Shown here piece by piece: positions 54,201 to 64,000 of a DNA stretch of 64,000 nucleotides (positions are counted from its first letter, which is position 1; each line of letters opens with the position of its first letter). The notes beneath the pieces were generated by a model. The model did no database searches and was not told the DNA's origin. It worked only from the letters and a program-made list of their open reading frames with translations. The translations under genes were made by a program, and so were the position numbers. The DNA is taken from NCBI GenBank assembly GCA_033442325.1, contig JAWQFM010000011.1:619474-683473 (forward strand). Direction: 5' to 3'. Source of the DNA: Salpingoeca rosetta. Taxonomy: Eukaryota; Protista; Choanoflagellata.

Positions 54201-56414
54201 TGATGGCTTCTTGCAAGTCCTGCTTGTCTTTCTGTAACCTCTGAATCATCGCCTCTGACGTCGTCGACATGATGGACGAATTAAGCAAAATCAAGTGGTG
54301 AGAAACAGGGCCGAGGAGGGCTGCTCATAGGCACCAACACAATGCCTCAAACAGCGCAAGTGCACGGCGAGCAGGCAAGCACGCTTACCCTGTTTCTTGT
54401 TGATATCCTCCAGCTCTTGCTTGTCTTGCATCAGATTGTCCGTCGATACGCCTGAGTCACGAGCAATTCCATCACGCAGGCAAGTTACAAGATAGATAAA
54501 ATAAGCTGGCGTCACCACCGTCACCCTGACATATCCACAAAAGCTGCGTGGGCGCCCACAACTGGTGCAGCACATGTTCAAGTATTAATCGACCATCTTG
54601 CGCCTGCTGGGGCTCGGAGTTGGGTTTGGGCAAGGAAGCGGCGAGGTGCGGCGAAGGAGTGTCAGGTGCCAGCCTCGGCTGAGCCACCAAATCAATCGTG
54701 GCGCCCTTGCTGACTTGGTCCCTAAAAGCAGCAACCAAACACGCAGTGTCAGTGGGAAGGGGAAGAGAGGGAGGTGGGAGAAGAGGGAGGTGGGAGAAGT
54801 AGCAAGGTTGTAGCTGTGTGTTTCTAGTGGAAGGCAAAGACATGCGCGAGTGCACTGTTGTGAGCCGGTAAATGAGAGCGCACGTCACCAACGATCTTTG
54901 TTCGCGCTTTCAGCTTGCATGCAGGCAACGTACATGTCGAGGCTGACTTCCGAGCCGGAAGCCTCCACTTGACGCAACGCTTCGCGTCCACGGTGGGTGA
55001 TCTTTCGGTTGTGGTGCAGCCTGTGGTGGGCACGAAGAACACAGACGTTAGGATCGCATTTGCGTATGGGATGGGAGGTGCTGCGAGCATATATGCGCGT
55101 GTTTGTGTGTTTGACTCTGTTTGTATCCATTTCACACGCAGAGAGAGAGAGAGAGAGACAGTGAGAGAGACAGTGAGAGAGAGTGAGAGAGACAGTGAGA
55201 GAGAGACAGTGAGAAAGAGAGAGAGACAGTGAGAGAGAGAGAGAGATTTACACACACACACACACACAGATACAAGCATGCACACGCAAGAATACACACA
55301 GTGCCAGACGCACGAGATTATGGAGAGGCGAGGATTCTTCCGCAGTACATCTGCCAGGCAGAGAGCGCCGTCATCGTCGACATCATTGCTGGCCAGTCTG
55401 GAACAGAATGAAAGCGCAAGCAAGCGCGTCGGCAGGCACACGGGCAGCATGGTGAGCTTGCGGTACCCAGCACATGAAACAGAACGCACCACCACCACCA
55501 CCACCACAAGAGTACGAGCAGTGTTGACTCAACAAGAAGATACCCCCTGAACGCCTGCTTGCTTGAGCTGTACAACGTGCACTGCCGCACACCACTCACG
55601 AGAGGGTGGTGAGGCGGGGGTGGATTAACAGCACTCGTGCAAGGGCCTTGACGCCGGCTGTCGTGATGTTGTTGTTGGCCAAGCTGAGGGAGGTTACAGG
55701 GTTGTGCGTGCAGCAATAACAGAAGCAAACATATAGAGAGCCAGGATGAGTTGGTGAGTTGGCGAAGGATGGCGCGTGTTCGGAAAGTGGGAAGAGGCAC
55801 AGGGAAGGCGCATAAGGCACGACAGCAGCGAAATGCCCGCAAAATGACGTTGGGACGCTGAGACGTTGAGACATCGAGACCTTGCATCGGCAAGCGGCAC
55901 ACACACACACACACACACGCACGCACGCACGCACACACACACACACGCACACGCACACACACACACACACACAACACGCACACACGAATAAAACGCACTC
56001 CAGCCAAGTGATGCGATCGTTGTGTCGGAGGGCTTCTGCGATGACGTTGACACCTGCGTCATCAATGTTCATTCCACTCAGGCTGCAAACCATGTCACGG
56101 TGGGGAGAGCATACCAAAAACCAATCGGCAAGGTGCAAGGACGAGGTGAGGAGGTCACCGGAGCACCGGGTGGCTGTGACGTACTGCAGAAGCAAAACAA
56201 CGACACAAACAGAACAAAGGCGCAGACGGCTTGCTTGCCGGCTTGCCCCTACAAACCAGACCCAGCACTCCCTGTTTCCTTCCTTCCTTTGCTTCCCAAC
56301 ACGCACGCACATCACGTGGGTGTTGCTGCCGTTCGTGGCCATGTCTCGAACGGTCTTCTTTGCAGCATCCTTGAGGTTGCTGGCCTCCAGCTGCTTCGCC
56401 AGCGTCTGATCCAT
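51275..56414 (-). CDS. LRR - linker/coiled-coil - TKL-type Ser/Thr kinase - PARP-like ADP-ribosyltransferase fusion, ~957 aa; predicted exons 56414-56311, 56082-55999, 55683-55600, 55397-55314, 55020-54934, 54721-54594, 54451-54389, 54254-54192, 54043-53981, 53857-53789, 53495-52351, 52174-51275
   Basis: All 11 junctions GT-AG and phase-compatible (2874 nt in total). LRRs in 84-nt exons. Kinase VALK, RHPNIV, HRDLKSANIL, DFG, GTLYWASPE, DVFSFG. ART VFHG, WYGAGFYFT..YA..Y, VLVCDI, GHDAH, EIAI. Confidence 0.78.
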
Positions 56415-56650
56415 AGTGAGCTGGTGAGATGGTGGCGTGTCGATGCCTTTGTCTGTGTTGAGGTTGCTCGTTTGTCTTTGTGTGGGTTGTGTGCTTGTTG
56501 TGTGCTTCTTGGCCAAGTGCGCTTGTCGCCCCATCTCTCCCATCGCTGGACACATCGAAAACCAATCAGTTGCCTTGCTGGCTGGGAAGTGAGCCAAAGG
56601 TTCCTCTTCTTCGAGACCTCGAATGCATGGCGACAGCACGACAGACAGAG

Positions 56651-56727
56651 TCACACAAGCAGCGCATCGCCTTCATTCGCCTTGAGCTCTCGCAGCCCTG
56701 CACACAACCGCGCACTCGCCTCCTTGC

Positions 56728-56763
<36 letters not shown>

Positions 56764-58038
56764 TGTGAGGTACACTTTTACCTTGGCCATACAAGTTGCA
56801 CACAAGCACATACGCGCACACGCACGCACACACATGCATACACACACGCACACGCACACACGCGCGCGCGCACACACACACACACACCTTTGCTGGGGAG
56901 AGGTTGGCGAAAGCCACACGCACAAAGCCAGGCAGACCACAGGATGACCCGGGAATGACGGCGACATGGTGCTGGTGCGCAAGCCACTCGGCCACACGCT
57001 CATCCTCCTCGTGCGGCACCTGCATATGAAGGTAATAGAAGGGCACACGCATGTTTGTGAGCTCAGCGCTTACAGCAAAGCAAAAAGGCAACCTCAATCC
57101 ACACACTTGCCAATACGCAACATACGTGCACACACGCACACACACACGCGCACACCTTGACCATGGCGTAGATGGCGCCGTCGTGGCGTCCAACGAGTGC
57201 GTTGGGATCATACGAGCGAATCGCGTCAAACAAAATCTCTGCGTGCATGCACGGGACGACAACACGACATGAGTGACATCAGGTCACGCCCTGCGAGCAG
57301 ACGCAGGAAACACAAGGAGCGCACTCCCACCAACTCACACACACACACACACACCCACTCACACACACACACCCACTCACACATCCACTCACACTCACAC
57401 ACACCCACTCTCACACACACCCACTCACACACTCACTCACACACAAACAAACAAACAAACAAACACACACACACACACACAAACAAACACACACACACTC
57501 TGACCTCGGTTTGTGTCGAGTTTGCGGATGCGCTCAGCACACCACTCGTGCCCTGCAGCCACAGCACCCAACGCGACAACTTGGCTGACGCAATGGTGGT
57601 GCACACACAAAAGCAAGCAACAGGCACACGAGCACATCAAATGCTGGGTGACCATGCGTACGATTGCATGTGCTGCGAGTCTTGCCACCCCTCGAGCGCA
57701 CTTGAGGTGCAGGCCACCCACCTCAATCGAGCCGGGCAGATGACAACTGTGTCCTGTACTTTCATCAACTGTGGCGTCAGGGCCTGCAGAATCGCACACA
57801 CACACACGCGCGCGCGCATATTCACAAGGCATGAGTGGACATCCTGAGCACGCATGTCTTCAAGCACACGTTTCCTGGCACTGTACACACATCATTCTGC
57901 CATGCAATGTAGCCCACGCGCCAGCCCATGAGCCCATATGCTTTGGAGAAGGAGTACACGTTCAGCACGTGGTCGCCACCAATGGATCTGCATGGGATGC
58001 GGCAACAATGGTGAGGGGCCAGACGATGAAAGGAATGG

Positions 58039-58117
<79 letters not shown>

Positions 58118-58536
58118 GGCACCTGCGTGGATGGAAGGACAGCAAGAGGAAAGTACACTCACACACGCACACACACACGTAAACATGTGCATATTCACAC
58201 AGGCACACACACGTAACCATGTGCATATTCACACACGCACAACCCCCCTTCTCACACTGACTCACTCATGGTGTGCGCCGTCAAACACAAAGTATTCGTA
58301 TGTGTTGTCGACAATGAACCAGACACCATGCTGTGTGCAGAGCTTGCTCATTGCTTTCAGTTCCTCCTTGCTGGCCACCGTTCCCGTCGGGTTGCATGGG
58401 TTCACAAGCACCAGCATCTGCGCATGCAGACGAGTGTGCGTGTGTGCGCGCGTGCGTGTGTGTTTCAACACGTTGGCACGGGGGTGGGGCAATGCGACCA
58501 CACAAACGAAACACTCAGGCTATCGAAGAACGACAG

Positions 58537-58612
<76 letters not shown>

Positions 58613-59057
58613 TGCATGCAGGACTGCACCTTCTTTCCTGCAAGGTTGGCCTCGAGCCAGTCAAGATCTGAACCATGCATGCAGATGCATTGAGCATGCG
58701 TTGTTGCATCCGAACACGCACACACACGATGAACACGACCAAGAGCATAACCGAACACACACACACACGCACACACAAGCACACACACACACACACACGC
58801 ACACACAAGCACACACACACACACACACACACGAGCACTTTGGACCTGGCGCAAAGGTTGTGTGGTCGCGTGGGCAGTACGAAATGTTGCAGCCTGTCAT
58901 CTGCAGTGCCATGTGATGATTGAAATAGTATGGGCGGAAGAGAACGACTTCGTCGCCAGCGTCGCAGAGTGCAAGCACAATGTTGGCAAAGGCCTGGTTT
59001 GCGCCCGCAGTCACCATCACCTCGCACCCATCCAAGCCGTTCTCCTTCACGAGCTTG
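56651..59057 (-). CDS. PLP-dependent class I/II aminotransferase, similar to plant ISS1/VAS1; 5' end lost in the N-gap
   Basis: VMVTAGANQAF, LCDAGDEVVLFRPYYFNHHMALQMTG, VNPCNPTG, IVDNTYEYF, SFSKAYGLMGWRVGY (PLP Lys), GAIY, VAVIPG..PGFVRVAF. Confidence 0.9.
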
Positions 59058-59538
59058 CTGTGTGGGAGAATATGTGTGTGTGTGTGCGTGCGTGTGTGTG
59101 TGTGTGTAAAGTGAACACGGATGCATGGGGACGCCTTGCGGATATGCATAATGCACATGAAACCATACACACACACACACACACACACAACAACACACAC
59201 ACACACACACACACACGACACACACGACACACACACACACACACACACGANNNNNNNNNNNNNNNNNNNNNNNNNNNNNNNNNNNNNNNNNNNNNNNNNN
59301 NNNNNNNNNNNNNNNNNNNNNNNNNNNNNNNNNNNNNNNNNNNNNNNNNNNNNNNNNNNNNNNNNNNNNNNNNNNNNNNNNNNNNNNNNNNNNNNNNNNN
59401 NNNNNNNNNNNNNNNNNNNNNNNNNNNNNNNNNNNNNNNNNNNNNNNNNNNNNNNNNNNNNNNNNNNNNNNNNNNNNNNNNNNNNNNNNNNNNNNNNNNN
59501 NNNNNNNNNNNNNNNNNNNNNNNNNNNNNNNNNNNNNN

Positions 59539-59589
<51 letters not shown>

Positions 59590-59838
59590 CGTGTGTGTGT
59601 GTGTGTGTGTGGTCTGTGTGTGTGTGTGTGTGGTCTGTGTATCTGCGCCTGTGTCTGTGTCTGTGTCTGTGTGTGTGCACGTTCTTGTGTGTGATTCTCT
59701 GTCTCTGTGCTTGCGTGCGAGGCTGCGTGTCTGAACTAGTCACCTGTTCGTCGTGCCCATTCCAGTCTCCCTCTTGCTCCCTTGTCCGTGCCTCTCATCC
59801 CCCCCCCCACACACACGCACATGCACACATACACACAG

Positions 59839-60333
59839 GCTCGCAAGCACACGCAGGAGCCCTTCAACGCAGAGATTGGCAAGGTCATCTTTGACTTTGC
59901 ATCCAAGGTCAAGCTGACAACCAGCGAAGCACTGCGCAGGTCAGCTTCCTGCAGTGCACTGTTCTACTGAGCCGGCCTTGTCACACGTACAGTTGCCGCG
60001 TTGTAACAAACAACACTCACGCACCACACAATGTCTACTGTCCAGTTTGCTGGTTGCATACGTGTTCAGGACCGATGCAGAGAAGCTGGCCACGCCAGAA
60101 CAGCTCTCTGGTATGCATCACACACACACACACACAAAAAGAAGCATGCTTTCTTTCTCCTGGTTTGCCTCCTGCCATCGTCATGACACGCACAAATGCA
60201 AACATGCACACATGCACACACACACACACGCACGCACGCATACACGTTCATGCACTTACACTTCCCAACTTCTACATTCAATTGCACACACTACAGCGGC
60301 CATCAAGTTTGTCAACTCCAAGCCGGCCGATGC
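59839..60333 (+). CDS. QARS1: Fragment (3 exons) of glutaminyl-tRNA synthetase eukaryotic N-terminal domain
   Basis: PFNAEIGKVIFDFASKV..|SLLVAYVFRTDAEKLATPEQLS|AAIKFVNSKPAD resembles the recalled GlnRS N-domain (LYGLASRL..FLVSYI..QLSAALEYV); in-phase GT-AG junctions. Confidence 0.6.
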
Positions 60334-60421
60334 GGTACTTGGAGCCTGCGTGTGCGTTTTGACCATCTTGCGTTCTCGTGTGCAATGGCACCATGACTCG
60401 CCTGCCCCACTTCGCTCACGC

Positions 60422-60471
<50 letters not shown>

Positions 60472-60607
60472 ACACAGGCAGGCAGGCAGTTGATTTCACG
60501 CAAGGAACATGAACGCTCGCTTCAATGGCAGTATGGCAGCGAGTGTACACCACGATACGAACACACACACACACACACACACACGCACAAGCGCATGCGC
60601 GTGGACG

Positions 60608-61095
60608 TACGGGACGTGATGGCCTTGTCTGTGGTTGTAGTTGAGGTTCTGTCGTACTGGCCCGTCTTCTTGGTGATCTGATACAGCGAAAGGCGGTGCG
60701 ATGTTGCGACGACAAACGTGTCCCACCTGCGATTGCGCGAGGAAGGAGAGCAACAGGCCAAGCATGGGCGAAAGCAGGCGTTCACTGTGACAAGGCATAC
60801 CAACAAAGCAGTGGGTACACACACGCATGAACGCATCCACAAGCATAAATACACACGCACACACACACAGCAGACACACGCATACACATACAGCACACAC
60901 AGCACACACACAACACACCATTCGATGGCCTTGTCGGCAAAGTTGCCCGGGTTGAAGAGGAGCTCAACAATGGTGTCGTCTGCATCCTCCTGAATCACTT
61001 GCTTGGGCGTGGCCTCTGCTGGCGTGTTCCACAGCGCGGCCGTGTCAAAGATGTACACGCTGCCGCCAACCGCGCACGCGAGCACGCGCCCGTCA
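60608..61095 (-). CDS. Fragment of a beta-propeller/WD-like protein (possibly Nup214/Nup159 N-domain)
   Basis: DGRVLACAVGGSVYIFDT..IVELLFNP..|WDTFVVATSHRLSLYQI shows a beta-blade pattern. Confidence 0.4.
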
Positions 61096-61184
61096 CTTCA
61101 TGCAATACCAAAGCGCCGCAGTGGTAAGGAGGCACACAGGGTGAGATGAGCACAGGTTGAAAAACATGCGCAGACGCACAGGTG

Positions 61185-61230
<46 letters not shown>

Positions 61231-62019
61231 NNNNNNNNNNNNNNNNNNNNNNNNNNNNNNNNNNNNNNNNNNNNNNNNNNNNNNNNNNNNNNNNNNNNNN
61301 NNNNNNNNNNNNNNNNNNNNNNNNNNNNNNNNNNNNNNNNNNNNNNNNNNNNNNNNNNNNNNNNNNNNNNNNNNNNNNNNNNNNNNNNNNNNNNNNNNNN
61401 NNNNNNNNNNNNNNNNNNNNNNNNNNNNNNNNNNNNNNNNNNNNNNNNNNNNNNNNNNNNNNNNNNNNNNNNNNNNNNNNNNNNNNNNNNNNNNNNNNNN
61501 NNNNNNNNNNNNNNNNNNNNNNNNNNNNNNNNNNNNNNNNNNNNNNNNNNNNNNNNNNNNNNNNNNNNNNNNNNNNNNNNNNNNNNNNNNNNNNNNNNNN
61601 NNNNNNNNNNNNNNNNNNNNNNNNNNNNNNNNNNNNNNNNNNNNNNNNNNNNNNNNNNNNNNNNNNNNNNNNNNNNNNNNNNNNNNNNNNNNNNNNNNNN
61701 NNNNNNNNNNNNNNNNNNNNNNNNNNNNNNNNNNNNNNNNNNNNNNNNNNNNNNNNNNNNNNNNNNNNNNNNNNNNNNNNNNNNNNNNNNNNNNNNNNNN
61801 NNNNNNNNNNNNNNNNNNNNNNNNNNNNNNNNNNNNNNNNNNNNNNNNNNNNNNNNNNNNNNNNNNNNNNNNNNNNNNNNNNNNNNNNNNNNNNNNNNNN
61901 NNNNNNNNNNNNNNNNNNNNNNNNNNNNNNNNNNNNNNNNNNNNNNNNNNNNNNNNNNNNNNNNNNNNNNNNNNNNNNNNNNNNNNNNNNNNNNNNNNNN
62001 NNNNNNNNNNNNNNNNNNN

Positions 62020-62946
62020 ACGCACACACACACGCGCACACCTTGACCATGGCGTAGATGGCGCCGTCGTGGCGTCCAACGAGTGCGTTGGGATCATACG
62101 AGCGAATCGCGTCAAACAAAATCTCTGCGTGCATGCACGGGACGACAACACGACATGAGTGACATCAGGTCACGCCCTGCGAGCAGACGCAGGAAACACA
62201 AGGAGCGCACTCCCACCAACTCACACACACACACACACACCCACTCACACACACACACCCACTCACACATCCACTCACACTCACACACACCCACTCTCAC
62301 ACACACCCACTCACACACTCACTCACACACAAACAAACAAACAAACAAACACACACACACACACACAAACAAACACACACACACTCTGACCTCGGTTTGT
62401 GTCGAGTTTGCGGATGCGCTCAGCACACCACTCGTGCCCTGCAGCCACAGCACCCAACGCGACAACTTGGCTGACGCAATGGTGGTGCACACACAAAAGC
62501 AAGCAACAGGCACACGAGCACATCAAATGCTGGGTGACCATGCGTACGATTGCATGTGCTGCGAGTCTTGCCACCCCTCGAGCGCACTTGAGGTGCAGGC
62601 CACCCACCTCAATCGAGCCGGGCAGATGACAACTGTGTCCTGTACTTTCATCAACTGTGGCGTCAGGGCCTGCAGAATCGCACACACACACACGCGCGCG
62701 CGCATATTCACAAGGCATGAGTGGACATCCTGAGCACGCATGTCTTCAAGCACACGTTTCCTGGCACTGTACACACATCATTCTGCCATGCAATGTAGCC
62801 CACGCGCCAGCCCATGAGCCCATATGCTTTGGAGAAGGAGTACACGTTCAGCACGTGGTCGCCACCAATGGATCTGCATGGGATGCGGCAACAATGGTGA
62901 GGGGCCAGACGATGAAAGGAATGGTCACACACACACACACACACAC

Positions 62947-63004
<58 letters not shown>

Positions 63005-63423
63005 GGCACCTGCGTGGATGGAAGGACAGCAAGAGGAAAGTACACTCACACACGCACACACACACGTAAACATGTGCATATTCACACAGGCACACACACG
63101 TAACCATGTGCATATTCACACACGCACAACCCCCCTTCTCACACTGACTCACTCATGGTGTGCGCCGTCAAACACAAAGTATTCGTATGTGTTGTCGACA
63201 ATGAACCAGACACCATGCTGTGTGCAGAGCTTGCTCATTGCTTTCAGTTCCTCCTTGCTGGCCACCGTTCCCGTCGGGTTGCATGGGTTCACAAGCACCA
63301 GCATCTGCGCATGCAGACGAGTGTGCGTGTGTGCGCGCGTGCGTGTGTGTTTCAACACGTTGGCACGGGGGTGGGGCAATGCGACCACACAAACGAAACA
63401 CTCAGGCTATCGAAGAACGACAG

Positions 63424-63499
<76 letters not shown>

Positions 63500-64000
63500 T
63501 GCATGCAGGACTGCACCTTCTTTCCTGCAAGGTTGGCCTCGAGCCAGTCAAGATCTGAACCATGCATGCAGATGCATTGAGCATGCGTTGTTGCATCCGA
63601 ACACGCACACACACGATGAACACGACCAAGAGCATAACCGAACACACACACACACGCACACACAAGCACACACACACACACACACGCACACACAAGCACA
63701 CACACACACACACACACACAAGCACTTTTGGACCTGGCGCAAAGGTTGTGTGGTCGCGTGGGCAGTACGAAATGTTGCAGCCTGTCATCTGCAGTGCCAT
63801 GTGATGATTGAAATAGTATGGGCGGAAGAGAACGACTTCGTCGCCAGCGTCGCAGAGTGCAAGCACAATGTTGTGAAAGGCCTGTGTTTGTGCCCGCACT
63901 CACCATCACCTCGCACCCCTATCAGCTCGTTCTCCTTCTCGAGATTTGCTGTGTGGGGAGAATATATGTGTGTGTGTGCGTGCGTGTGTGTGTGTGTGTA
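62020..64000 (-). repeat. Direct duplicate of ~57135-59107 (aminotransferase exons and introns); probable assembly duplication
   Basis: Identical ORFs offset by 4886-4887 bp; indels appear in the last ~280 bp and cluster near the end. Confidence 0.93.

Noticed and set aside
61098-61100. In-frame TGA upstream of the propeller exon as possible selenocysteine
   Set aside because: Explained more simply by an adjacent splice acceptor or low-quality sequence at the contig end; no SECIS evidence

Overview
Intron-rich, gene-dense, GC-rich eukaryotic DNA. Nearly every intron carries (CA/TG)n microsatellites and there are five N-gaps. The style and gene content suggest a choanoflagellate such as Salpingoeca rosetta; this is inference, not a database match. 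Most ORFs in the supplied track are microsatellite or antisense artefacts, so genes were rebuilt exon by exon from GT-AG sites and reading phase. Order: ABCB1-like transporter copy A (-, runs off the left edge); small LRR-only gene (+); ZNG1/CBWD GTPase (-); bacterial-type AnmK (+); ERGIC2 (-); TTC37/SKI3 (+); PDZ-PP2C fusion (-); GRASP/CYTIP-like PDZ scaffold (-); CNOT9 (+); MEMO1 (-); ABCB1-like copy B (+); intronless secreted Gly-X-Y/Gly-rich protein (-); a 12-exon LRR-kinase-ART gene (-); ISS1/VAS1-like aminotransferase (-, present twice, probably an assembly duplication); fragments of GlnRS and a beta-propeller gene. The standout is the gene at 51275-56414. Its exons splice in frame into one ~957-aa protein with ribonuclease-inhibitor-type LRRs (one 84-nt exon each), 63-nt linker/coiled-coil cassette exons, an intact TKL-type kinase and a C-terminal H-Y-E PARP-like ADP-ribosyltransferase. 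An LRR-only paralog lies ~50 kb away, so the pair resembles a sensor-kinase-effector (immune-like) system.
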